Below are positions 43,935-54,294 of a stretch of 64,000 nt of DNA, in pieces. The stretch covers positions 128,001 through 192,000 of the forward strand of contig CAVUDP010000001.1 of the NCBI GenBank assembly GCA_963740315.1. Direction: 5' to 3'. Below the pieces are notes generated by a model that ran no database searches, was not told where the DNA came from, and worked only from the letters and a program-made list of their open reading frames with translations. How positions within the stretch are numbered: position 1 is the stretch's first letter; the number at the start of each line of letters is the position of its first letter. The stretch comes from an uncultured cyanobacterium. Its GTDB lineage: Bacteria; Cyanobacteriota; Cyanobacteriia; Cyanobacteriales; Nostocaceae. The position numbers were made by a program, and so were the translations under genes.

Positions 43935-44720
43935 ATGAACAGAATTAAACTTTTGAACTTAGAAATAGACAATTGGTCGAAGAACGAACTACTGAATAAC
44001 TTGAAGTCAGGAGTGATATTTACGCCAAATGTAGACCATCTTATCAAACTTCAAAGAGATCCAGAGTTTCTTCAAGCTTATAATATTAGTGACTTTAAAG
44101 TTTGCGACAGTCAAATACTTATGTATGCATCTAAATTTTTAGGAACGCCAATCAAAGAAAAAATATCTGGTTCTGACTTATTACCTGCTTTCTGTAAATA
44201 CCATAAAAACAATCAAGAGATTAAAATTTTTCTACTAGGTGCAGCAGAAGGTGTAGCCTGTCGCGCACAAGAAAAAATTAATAATAAAATAGGAAGAATG
44301 ATTGTTGTTAACACTTATTCTCCGCCTTTTGGCTTTGATAAAGATGAAGCAGAATGTGAGAAAATAGTAGAGATGATTAACAACTCAGATGCTACGGTAT
44401 TAGTTATAGGATTGGGTGCGCCCAAACAAGAAAAATGGTTGTACAAGTATAAAGATAAATTCAAATCCATCAAAATATTTATGGCTTTAGGAGCAACTAT
44501 TGATTTTGAAGCAGGAAATGTAAAAAGAGCGCCAAGATGGATGAGTGAAATCGGATTGGAGTGGTTATTCAGGTTATTTTGCGAACCCAAAAGGTTATGG
44601 AAAAGATATTTGCTAGATGATATTCCTTTTATTTTCTTAATTTTGAAACAAAAACTGAGTTTGTATATGAATAAAGATTCTAAGGGCAATAAACCAACCT
44701 TGCTAATTGATAAATTATAG
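43935..44720 (+). CDS. WecB/TagA/CpsF family glycosyltransferase
   Basis: TPNVDH, KISGSDL, GLGAPKQEKW, KRAPRWM, GLEWLFRL, EPKRLWKRY. Confidence 0.93.
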   Translation: MNRIKLLNLEIDNWSKNELLNNLKSGVIFTPNVDHLIKLQRDPEFLQAYNISDFKVCDSQILMYASKFLGTPIKEKISGSDLLPAFCKYHKNNQEIKIFLLGAAEGVACRAQEKINNKIGRMIVVNTYSPPFGFDKDEAECEKIVEMINNSDATVLVIGLGAPKQEKWLYKYKDKFKSIKIFMALGATIDFEAGNVKRAPRWMSEIGLEWLFRLFCEPKRLWKRYLLDDIPFIFLILKQKLSLYMNKDSKGNKPTLLIDKL

Positions 44721-44837
44721 AGAAAATCATTTCAAAACGAAGTTCTCAAGCCTTGATATCATACATACTTGGACAAAGGTTAAGCAAAGCGGCAGAATAT
44801 TCTGACCGCTATTTTTTACATTTGTAAAATAGCAATA

Positions 44838-44865
44838 AACCCTTCTATAAAAAAACAGAAGGGTT
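44838..44865. terminator. hairpin between convergent glycosyltransferase genes
   Basis: aacccttct / agaagggtt inverted repeat. Confidence 0.5.
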
Positions 44866-44945
44866 AATAATAAAGATGCTTCAAATGGTACAATCGAAAA
44901 CTTAATAAACCATTTTATTATTTTCTTTATGATTTTTGATTAGAA

Positions 44946-46136
44946 TTATTCTATCGAAACCATCTTAGCTAAATTCTTGAGATAAGCTTTTCTAACTAGC
45001 ATTTGGGGGGTGTTATTTAATCCGACTTTATTTAGAACTTCTTCCCAACGATATACCCAATCATGCCTCAGCAATGAATGAATCATATTGTCTTTACGTA
45101 TTTTTTGCAGCCTTTCTGGTTGTGTATCCAATTCAGCTATGACATCTGCTATATCACCAGTATTGTAAGGCACTTCAATCGCAGCATCAGACCAGTTAAA
45201 ATGTTTAGTATAAGCTTCACAAACTGGTGGAGTTCCAATGATTACTGCTCCTCCTGCGGCTCCTTCAAAAAAGCGCGGACCTAACTCTTCTTGTCTTCCT
45301 ATTTGATTGCCGCTATCAAATTTTGCTTTATTAGCAATAAAATAACGGCTTCTTTTGATTAAATTACTATATAAAGTTCGATGTTCTTGATAATTCCTCA
45401 TTTCTAAACCTCTAAGGGTATCGTATAGATAAAGGAAGTTTTCGCGTTCCGTTAGTTCTAACAAAGACTTATGCATCATTGGCGAACGACGACCAATACT
45501 ATAAACATCGATATGTCTTTGAGGAACTTGTGGATAAGGACAAAACTTTACAGCATCGACGGCATAAGGCAAAGTATAGCAAGGGCGCTCAACTAGCTGA
45601 CTTATACCATCAACACTTTGACTCTGGGTGGTAAATATATAGTCAAAGTCTTTAGCTAGTTTTAAACAAAGTGCAGTTTTGCTATTTTCGAGTTCTTTTG
45701 CCCAAAGTTCATCTATCCATAAGACAGCTTTTTTACATTTGTCGCGCCATCCTTTAATCGCATTAATACAGGTTAAATCCCAAAAGTGTTGACAGATAAA
45801 GAATAATAAATCGTATTCTTTATCTATTACCAATTCTTCACAGCCAGAACGTAATAATTTACTTTGTTTGAAAGTTAAACCCGTGCGGTTAGAGACTTTT
45901 TTGTTTACTTGAGATTTCAAACCAGATGCATATACTGGTGAAAGCAAATCGGCGGAATCAAAATTACTAATTACATCTTCAAATTCGTATTCCGCCGAAC
46001 GAAAAGCTTCGGAGTGAAAACCCCGCATTGATACTATTAGAATACGGGGTTCTTTATGAGAATTAATTAGTGGTTTTTGAATGTTAAAGTTAACATTTGA
46101 TTGAAAACCCCATTTGCAATCTGTAGTTTCTAACAT
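44946..46136 (-). CDS. glycosyltransferase (GT-B, CgeB/Glyco_trans_1_2-like)
   Basis: IDVYSIGRR, RFFEGAAGG, HDWVYRW; located in polysaccharide cluster. Confidence 0.75.
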   Translation of the reverse strand: MLETTDCKWGFQSNVNFNIQKPLINSHKEPRILIVSMRGFHSEAFRSAEYEFEDVISNFDSADLLSPVYASGLKSQVNKKVSNRTGLTFKQSKLLRSGCEELVIDKEYDLLFFICQHFWDLTCINAIKGWRDKCKKAVLWIDELWAKELENSKTALCLKLAKDFDYIFTTQSQSVDGISQLVERPCYTLPYAVDAVKFCPYPQVPQRHIDVYSIGRRSPMMHKSLLELTERENFLYLYDTLRGLEMRNYQEHRTLYSNLIKRSRYFIANKAKFDSGNQIGRQEELGPRFFEGAAGGAVIIGTPPVCEAYTKHFNWSDAAIEVPYNTGDIADVIAELDTQPERLQKIRKDNMIHSLLRHDWVYRWEEVLNKVGLNNTPQMLVRKAYLKNLAKMVSIE

Positions 46137-46156
46137 GAATAATTTTAAAATTTGAT

Positions 46157-47449
46157 TTAAGGTAGTATTTTGTTTATAAGTGCTTGTTTTGGAGCATTTA
46201 CCGTTTGCCAGTCATCATGCAATATACCTCCGGTACCCTTACTGTTAGGATTCCAGCACCAATAAGCAAAGCTCAGTTTTTTCTGTTTTATGTAGTTTAC
46301 AAACTTTCGTTGCCAAATACCTTCTTTGGATTTACTGTCAACGTGGTATCCACCAAATTCACCAACAAGAATGGGGGCAATACGCTTCGTATTAATATAG
46401 TTAAAACCGATTTCCCAGCGCTGGTAAAGATTATCGGGAAAAGTTGAATCTTTAAACCAAGACACTTTTGCACCACCATATTCGTGAGGAGAATATACTA
46501 ATTTGTGAGGTTTCTTCAGATGTACGGGATATTCCCGAACACCCTCTAAATTTGCACCCCAAAAGTAACCATGCTGTTGTTGATTGGGTACGTTTTTCTC
46601 TATTCCTTCTACTACAATCAACCAGTCAGGATTAACAGCAAGAATCTTGTCTCCAGCCTTTTGTGCGGCTAATCGCCAATCTGTTGAAGTGTCATCGGTT
46701 CCCCAAGAAGCAATACCGTGGGGTTCGTTTTTCAAATCTGCACCAATAACGTTGGGTTGATTTTTATAGCGTTTTGCTAAAAGAGTCCAAGTATCTATCC
46801 AATCTTTTTCTGTAAAACCATCTCCGTACCATACTTGTGAAATATGCCCATCTTTTAAACAATGACTATCTAATAAAATTAGTAATCCTTGTTTGCGTGC
46901 TTCTTGGATAATTAAATCCATAATTTCCAGAGGAGTTTTTCCCTGAAGTTCGGCATTTGCACCAATCGTAAAATCAACACCATAAATGTGTGAAGATTTA
47001 AGCCCTTCTACTGAATAAGGTAAGCGAATTAGGTTATAGCCTAAGCTTTTGATATGGGCGAGCATTTGCTTGTAGTCTCTTACCCATAATCCATGAGGTA
47101 CGTGGGTGCTAACTTCCATCCCAAACCAGTTGATACCACGCAGTAAAACGACTTTACCCGTACTATCAACAATCTGAGATTTTTGTGCGGATAATGGAGG
47201 CACAATGATAGTAGCTGCTACAGAAGTGTTACCTTTTAAAGCCGTTATAAATTGAGAAGAAAACAAACTTAAACTTATACAAGCGAAACCAAATATTAAG
47301 CCATTAAGAATATGTTTTTTAGATTTTCTCGACTCAATCTTGGTCATTCTAATATTGCATAGAAGTTTCCAAATACCTCGTATTAAAGGCTTAAATAACA
47401 AACGGTTAAATCGATCCAAAAGTTGCGAAATGTATGATTGAAGCAGCAT
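46157..47449 (-). CDS. glycoside hydrolase family 5 endoglycanase (cellulase-like)
   Basis: GINWFG, HGLW, IRLPYS, DLKNEPH acid/base, YSPHEY, GEFGG nucleophile, YWCWNPNS. Confidence 0.92.
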   Translation of the reverse strand: MLLQSYISQLLDRFNRLLFKPLIRGIWKLLCNIRMTKIESRKSKKHILNGLIFGFACISLSLFSSQFITALKGNTSVAATIIVPPLSAQKSQIVDSTGKVVLLRGINWFGMEVSTHVPHGLWVRDYKQMLAHIKSLGYNLIRLPYSVEGLKSSHIYGVDFTIGANAELQGKTPLEIMDLIIQEARKQGLLILLDSHCLKDGHISQVWYGDGFTEKDWIDTWTLLAKRYKNQPNVIGADLKNEPHGIASWGTDDTSTDWRLAAQKAGDKILAVNPDWLIVVEGIEKNVPNQQQHGYFWGANLEGVREYPVHLKKPHKLVYSPHEYGGAKVSWFKDSTFPDNLYQRWEIGFNYINTKRIAPILVGEFGGYHVDSKSKEGIWQRKFVNYIKQKKLSFAYWCWNPNSKGTGGILHDDWQTVNAPKQALINKILP

Positions 47450-47491
47450 GATTTACAGCGAATTTAGGATTTACGCATTTAAATTATTTAA

Positions 47492-48658
47492 TTAAATAGA
47501 GTTAATTGCACTATCGACGCAGCTATAGAACTTTTCTCGCCGTAACAACGACCATGTAAGCCTGTTGTCAAGTAGTTTTGTGCGTTTGTCGGATAAATCG
47601 GATTGTTTACTTAACGCTAATAACTTCATTAAACTACCAGCAAAATATTCTGGTTCATCGGCTATTTCAATAGCAGACGGATAGTCTAATATTCCGCGCA
47701 TTGCAACAGTTGTAGCTACTATTGGACTTCCAGAAGCAATAGCATCTAGAGTTTTTATCTGAATTCCACCACCACTAATAGAAGGAATAGCGATTGCTTT
47801 GGCTAATGCCATAAATGCTTGTGCATCGGTTACAAAGCCGCAATATTTTACATTAGGATATCGTTCTAATAACCATTGGGCACCAGAACCAGCTACATGA
47901 ATTGATACATTTTTAGGTAAGTGAGGATAAACAGCTTGAAAAAACCACTCTAAACCAGACTTATTAGCTTTCCACGTCCAGCTTCCAATTATTCCAATAT
48001 CACAGTGTTTAGTTGCACAATTTTTGGGTGGTTTTGTGCGAATGGAAGGCAGATGAAACACTTTACTATTAAAGTTTTGACTAGAAAAGTAATTGGAATC
48101 ATGAGATGTAAGCGTCCATACTTGTTTTGATGAAACTGCTAAATGGTCTTCCATCTTTTTTATCAGACGAGCTTCTCTTTTGTATATGTGTTTTGATAAA
48201 TATTTACGTGCATTTTTTAACTGTTCTTGATAAAGTTGATGTTCTAAATTGTGAGCAATGAATATAACTTTAGATTCTTTAGCTAACAAAGGCAATAACC
48301 AACCTAATTGAGCATGGTCAATTATGACAGTATCGTAGTTATCTTTATGTAAAATATTTTTGATTTTCGTTAAATATTTTTTAGAGTAATACTTGGCTGC
48401 TGAATAAGGAAGCTGTTTTAATATGCTCAAAGCCATCCATAAAAATGGATGATATTTCGATTTAGAGGTTTCTATGTGTCGTTGTTCAACAACAACTTCA
48501 TTATCATTTTTAGAATTGTTATCGCCAAGTCGCTGATATCCAACAACTAAAACTTCGTGTCCGCAGTATTTTAAAGCGTTAATAAAGCACTGAGATGCGA
48601 TTTCACCACCAGTTCTTCTTCCACTTGGAAGAACGGTTGTTAAGTATAAAATTTTCAT
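47492..48658 (-). CDS. glycosyltransferase family 4-like
   Basis: HNLEH, GSWTWKAN, GGGIQIKTLDAIASG. Confidence 0.85.
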   Translation of the reverse strand: MKILYLTTVLPSGRRTGGEIASQCFINALKYCGHEVLVVGYQRLGDNNSKNDNEVVVEQRHIETSKSKYHPFLWMALSILKQLPYSAAKYYSKKYLTKIKNILHKDNYDTVIIDHAQLGWLLPLLAKESKVIFIAHNLEHQLYQEQLKNARKYLSKHIYKREARLIKKMEDHLAVSSKQVWTLTSHDSNYFSSQNFNSKVFHLPSIRTKPPKNCATKHCDIGIIGSWTWKANKSGLEWFFQAVYPHLPKNVSIHVAGSGAQWLLERYPNVKYCGFVTDAQAFMALAKAIAIPSISGGGIQIKTLDAIASGSPIVATTVAMRGILDYPSAIEIADEPEYFAGSLMKLLALSKQSDLSDKRTKLLDNRLTWSLLRREKFYSCVDSAINSI

Positions 48659-48692
48659 AGAGTAAAATTTAGAAATAAGTTAGCAAAAAAAA

Positions 48693-49892
48693 TTAAATTA
48701 ATGACTTAATATCCGACACAACTTCCTGTATCACTTGAGTCCCAAATAACGATTCGAGCAGTTTTTTCTCAATGCGAATTTTTTGAGAGTTACCAAGTAA
48801 GTTAACAATTTCTCCTGCGAAAGATTGTTTATCTGAAGCAATTTTAAAATACTGTCTGACTGAAAGAGGTAAACCTGCTATTCCTTGCGGTGTAGAGACA
48901 ATCGGTTTACCAGCCATCAACATTTCTAGGGATTTGATACTAACCCCGCTACCCGTTAAAACTGGATTAATCAAAACGCGCCCAGAATTATAAATTTCTG
49001 TAGATGATGGCGGATTGATACTCAAATCTACGCCATCGATTTCTTCGCATAGCTGTCTAATTTTATTTACAGGTTTTGCCCCAGCAATTAAAACCTTGGG
49101 ATTAGATAAATGTGAGCGAACTTCGGGCAGAACTTGAGTTAAAAACCAAATAATCCCGGCTACATTATTATTAGAATATAGGTTGCCGAGAAAAACAATA
49201 TCATACTGAGGATATACGTTATTATGATGATTGTTCTCTATATCTTGAGAATGTTGAGATTGATAATCTATTAAAGGCGGTAAATAACGTCCATTTTTAA
49301 AACCATGAGATTTCCAAAATTTTAAATCTTCTGAGGAAATATCATAAAATAAAAGACTATTTTTTAGTAATGATTTCTCATAGGTTTCTAAATGCGAAAC
49401 TGATAAATATCTTTTGATTTTACTTGTACCGATCGCAGAAGCAAATAATCGTTGATAATACAAATGTTCAATGTTGTGGCAGCGAGTCACGATAGGTATA
49501 TCAAAGTGTTGACTTAGTTTAGATGCAACATCTCCACCGTGAATACCATCTAACCAAACAACATGAGGTTTGAAAGCACGAACTTGAGAAACTAAACGAT
49601 CTAATTTTTCTCCTTCAATAAGCCTGGAAGTAACTTCTAAAGGGTAGCGAAACAGGTTTAAAAGTCTATAAGCTTTAGAACATAAATCATATTTGAACGG
49701 AATAAAATACGCAGAGCTAACATATTTTTTAATTTCAGCTACTTCTTGATAGTGTGGTTTTTTATCAAACCAGCATATAAGCTGTAATTCAACACCAATT
49801 TCATAAAAAGCTTTTATCCTTCGCCACATATCTATCCTTCCGCCATGAATAGCAGGATAAGGAATGTCATGGCATACTAAAGTAATCTTCAT
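48693..49892 (-). CDS. glycosyltransferase family 4-like
   Basis: PYPAIHGG, HNIEH, GSGVSIKSLEMLMAGKPIVST. Confidence 0.85.
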   Translation of the reverse strand: MKITLVCHDIPYPAIHGGRIDMWRRIKAFYEIGVELQLICWFDKKPHYQEVAEIKKYVSSAYFIPFKYDLCSKAYRLLNLFRYPLEVTSRLIEGEKLDRLVSQVRAFKPHVVWLDGIHGGDVASKLSQHFDIPIVTRCHNIEHLYYQRLFASAIGTSKIKRYLSVSHLETYEKSLLKNSLLFYDISSEDLKFWKSHGFKNGRYLPPLIDYQSQHSQDIENNHHNNVYPQYDIVFLGNLYSNNNVAGIIWFLTQVLPEVRSHLSNPKVLIAGAKPVNKIRQLCEEIDGVDLSINPPSSTEIYNSGRVLINPVLTGSGVSIKSLEMLMAGKPIVSTPQGIAGLPLSVRQYFKIASDKQSFAGEIVNLLGNSQKIRIEKKLLESLFGTQVIQEVVSDIKSLI

Positions 49893-49917
49893 ATTTATAT
49901 TGTTTTTATTACTACTA

Positions 49918-51234
49918 TTATTTCTGTTTAGTAAATTTTAAATTCATCCATTCTTCCTCTATCAAAGAAGAACTATAGGATTGATAACTTTTAGCTTGTT
50001 GATACTCTATAGCTAAGGAAAAAACTGTCGAAACATAAACTATCCAGAAAATACTGTTAGTTTCTACGAGAGTGCTTTCACTTATGTTGTACATAACTAA
50101 AAAAGTTAAATACATTAGAGGCCAAACTCCCTCTATACATTTAGTGATTCGCAACCACATTACACCTTTAAAAAAAGTACTAATAAAGCTCAGTAAAAAT
50201 ATTGAGAAGCCTACAAAACCCAATTCTGCTAATAAATCCATAAAACCGTTATGTCCGTAGGGACATTCCCATGCCAGAGTGCGCCAGAGGTAAGCAGTTA
50301 TTTCGCTATCCCAATCTCTCCAGACAGCGTTAAAACCATAACCTAACCAAGGGCGTTCCCAGATTAAGTCAAACATTGCACTCCATATGTCGGTACGTCC
50401 AGTTAGGGTTAAATCCTTCCCCAATGCATCCGCAACAACAGGCAAGTTATCCAACAACAACGTAGATATACTGCCAACTGTAAGTATCAGTGCGATCGTT
50501 AAAGGGATTAACTGGTTGTAATTGCGCCGCCAACTTCTATAGAGGGGCAAAATAGCTGTTAAAGACATACAAACTACTAAAGAAGACTTTGAAGTTGAAA
50601 GTACGACTAAAGCAATAGAAAGAATATAACCAGCCCAAGGAAGCCATCGATATTTACGCTTACGAATAGGATTGCTCATGGCAACAAATAAAAACACCAT
50701 GTTGCTGAAAACCATTAATCGACCCAAGATATTTTTGTGAGTCATTATTCCCCGCCAAGATCCAGCGTGAATCCCCCCCTCTTGAACGGTCATTAATCCA
50801 TATTTCGGCAGTGCGATCGCAAATATACAACTCAGTACAATTACTATGCCTAGAGCCACGGCTAATAGCTGTAATTGTTCTCTCAAAGTGAAGCGCATCG
50901 CCATATAGACGGCAAATACACTTGTGCCTAAAAGCAGTACGCTACGTCGTGGAGTAACGTCCGGTGCAAAAGTCCATAATATTGACGCTAAAACAATTCC
51001 TAAAAATAACCATATCCAAATATCTTTTTGTGCAGTGCGTACAAAATTTTTCTGATACTTCACTATCAACAAGAAAGTAATAGTATAGATTCCCATAAAA
51101 AATTTGGGGCTGTAAGAGTCGCTACCTATACTTCCACTACCTCCTTCTATAAGTACGGGTATCAAGGCACTTGTAGAAAGAAAAAGAGTGAATACCACGA
51201 ATATCTGTTCGGCTAGCTTTGGTAATTTTGGCAT
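49918..51234 (-). CDS. O-antigen ligase/polymerase (Wzy_C) family membrane protein
   Basis: multi-TM; WRGIMTHKN, STSKSS, TLTGRTDIW, RPWLGYG, HNGFMDLLAELG. Confidence 0.88.
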   Translation of the reverse strand: MPKLPKLAEQIFVVFTLFLSTSALIPVLIEGGSGSIGSDSYSPKFFMGIYTITFLLIVKYQKNFVRTAQKDIWIWLFLGIVLASILWTFAPDVTPRRSVLLLGTSVFAVYMAMRFTLREQLQLLAVALGIVIVLSCIFAIALPKYGLMTVQEGGIHAGSWRGIMTHKNILGRLMVFSNMVFLFVAMSNPIRKRKYRWLPWAGYILSIALVVLSTSKSSLVVCMSLTAILPLYRSWRRNYNQLIPLTIALILTVGSISTLLLDNLPVVADALGKDLTLTGRTDIWSAMFDLIWERPWLGYGFNAVWRDWDSEITAYLWRTLAWECPYGHNGFMDLLAELGFVGFSIFLLSFISTFFKGVMWLRITKCIEGVWPLMYLTFLVMYNISESTLVETNSIFWIVYVSTVFSLAIEYQQAKSYQSYSSSLIEEEWMNLKFTKQK

Positions 51235-51904
51235 ACCGAATATATTTCCTAAAATATTAATTTTTGATGAAATAAAATACCAGTTTTTTAAAGGTATTGT
51301 TAAAATTCATACTTTTTTCAAGTGAAATAAAAGATGAAGTTTTTCAATTAATGAACTAACTATCTGGTTTTGTCAATAGAGTAATATTGCTTTATCTAGC
51401 TTTTAAACTTTTGCTGAATTACTTCATGATTTGTATATATTATAATGCTTGAAAACCTTATAAATAAAGCTATACTTGACTCGCAGACTTCAGTATATAT
51501 ATAACAATTTCAATATACTGAATATATTAATTCACCAATTATGCGTGCTTTTACTTGCTTTTTTATAGTAGCCAACTCAGATTTTGCTTAATCTTCATCG
51601 GCTAATTTTTTTTCAGTAAAGTTTTTATTATTTTGCCTTTATTAGTACCGAACCGAGATATGTTAAGAATATCGCTCTATTATCAAGTTTCAAACAAGAT
51701 ATGTCGTAGCCTATCAGAGGAATTATTTAGATGTAGTAATATGCAAATAGCCTAAAGCGAAACATCGCAATTTAAATACTATATTCATGGAACACTACAG
51801 ATACTATTGTTAATTATCGGTAAAGTAATATAAATAAACTTGTAAGTTGACAATTCGCTTATTGACGGAAACTATATATTAAATTGTTTTGAATGGGATT
51901 TTGA

Positions 51905-54233
51905 ATGGAAACACAAATGCCTTCCATAGAACAAGATTTGCAGCCTTTGAACAAAACCGAATCGTTATCAAGAGAACCATACTGGTTACTAAAAAGACCT
52001 CAAAATGTTGAAGAAGAAAATATTGGTTTTGGTCAATTTTTCTCAATTTTGCGTCGTCGAGCAGCTTTGATTGCTAGCGTAGCGGTAATAGCAGCGACAG
52101 GGGCTGCTATGTGGGGTTCAACTCGTACTCCTAAGTATGAAGGTAAGTTTCAATTACTAGTTGAACCTTTAACAAATTCTGAAAGCGAGCTATTAGTTTT
52201 ACTGTCTCAAACTCTTCAGCAAGATGTAAACAAAATTACAAGACAAAACAATACGGCTCTGGATTATCAGGCTTTAGTAGAGGTTTTAAAAAGTCCGAAA
52301 ATCATCGAACCAGTAGTTAATGAAATTCAGGCTAAATATCCAGGAGTTAGCTATGGCAAGTTAGTTGGAGGTGGCAAAGCTGGTAAAGTACCTAGCAGCG
52401 TCAAAGAAGGTGAATTGCACATTAGCCGACTCTCTCAAGGTGAAACTGAATCCAGAGTTATAGAAGTTCGTTACAAGGATTCTAATCCCGATAAAGTTTT
52501 GTATGTATTAGATAAAGTATCTCAAGCTTATCGTTCGTACAGCCTAGATCAACAGCAAACGAATTTACGTCAAGGAATCAAATTTGTAGAACAGCAGATT
52601 CCGAAATTGCGATTGCGAGTGGATACACTGCAAGGAGATATGCAGCGCTTTCAGCAAAATTACAGCCTATTCGATCCAGAACTTCAAGGGAAACAACTGC
52701 TTGAGAGGGTGGATCAACTTCAAACTACGAAAATAGAAGCGTCGAAAAGGCTCGCCGAAGCAAAGTCACTTTACGCTTCACTACAAAATCAGTTAGGAAT
52801 GCCGCAAGATGCAGCGATCGCAGCTTCAGCTTTGAGCGAATCACCGCAGTATCAACAGATACTCAAGCGCGTTCGAGATATAGAAGCTGAAATTGCCACG
52901 GAGTCGGTACGTCTGAGCGATGCCAACCCGGTAATGCAGTCTTTAAGACAGCAACGCCAGAAATTATTACCTTTATTAGAACGGGAAGCGCAATTGGCTT
53001 TAGGTTCTAACGCCTCCGTTGAAACACTTAATTCGCAAGTTGGAACTTATCAAAATTCAGTTCGGCGCGAACTAATTCAAAATATGGCTGACACTGCAAA
53101 TCAGATTCAGTTATTAGAAGCGAGCTTGCAGGCTACCAATGATGCTTTAATCGAATCGAACCAACGTATAAAACAATATCCTCAAGTTGCAGGTAGATAT
53201 GCCAATCTAGAACGTGAATTGCAAGTGGCTAGCGATACTCTCAAGCAGCTTTTAACCAAACAAGAAGCGTTACGAGTAGATGCTGCTCAGCAAGAAGTTC
53301 CTTGGGAATTAATTATGCCTCCAAGGCTACCGCGAGATAACACTGGGCAATTTGTAGCCGATGCTTCTAAGGGTAAGTTTAATATTATTTTAGGAGGAGT
53401 AGGAGGTTTACTCTTAGGTGTTCTAGCTGCTTTTCTTCTGGAAAATGCTCAAAATGTTTTTCACGATTCGCAAGAAGTTAAACGAACTGCAAAGTTACCT
53501 TTATTAGCAACAATTCCTTACCGTAAAGAATTGAAACTATTACCTCCTGCCGATAAAGAGTTAGTTTATGCGTTAGAAAAAGACGATTCGCTTACTTCCC
53601 CCAATTAAGAGCAATAAAAGTAAAGACTACGGAGCGTCTCCCTATACACAAGCTTTTTACTCTTTGTATACGAGAATTCAAGCTTTAAGAGAAGAAGCTC
53701 ATATTTCTTCGTTAGTAATTACATCGGCAAATCCGGGAGAAGGTAAATCTACGGTAGCAACAACTTTTGCAAAAACCGCCGCCGAAGCTGGTTTACGGGT
53801 GCTGTTGGTAGATGCTAATTTACAAAACCCCCAGGTGCATCACAGTTTAGGTTTGATAAATACCCAGGGATTAAGCGAAATACTTTTTCAAGGCTTAGAT
53901 TTGAACGATGCGATCGGGCAATCCTATGAAGAAGAAAATTTATTCGTTATCACCGCCGGAGAGATACCGCGCAATCCTGCAAAGTTGTTCTCTTCACCAA
54001 GAATGCGGAATTTTGTCAAGCGATCGCAAACTGATTTTGATTTAGTGGTGTACGACACTCCTCATATTTTGGGACGTTTGGACACCAGTATTTTAGCTAC
54101 CCATGCCGATGCAATTTTGATGGTTGTCGGACTCGGTAAAACCGTTCGCCCTTCACTTTCAACAGCATTGGATGAATTGGAAGCCGGACGCAATCGCGTT
54201 TTGGGTATAGTTTCCAACAGTATGGAATCTTAA
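51905..54233 (+). pseudogene. wzc: Wzc/GumC polysaccharide co-polymerase plus tyrosine autokinase, split by a frameshift at 53577-53605
   Basis: 51905-53608 encodes the Wzz/GumC part; the +1 frame continues ...YTQAFYSLYTRI into ITSANPGEGKST Walker A, LLVDAN and VYDTP kinase domain (to 54233). Confidence 0.75.
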
Positions 54234-54294
54234 GTAATCGCTCAAAGCCGATTATCTAAGCATCAAAATTTAATAAATTCCTACAATATAAATT

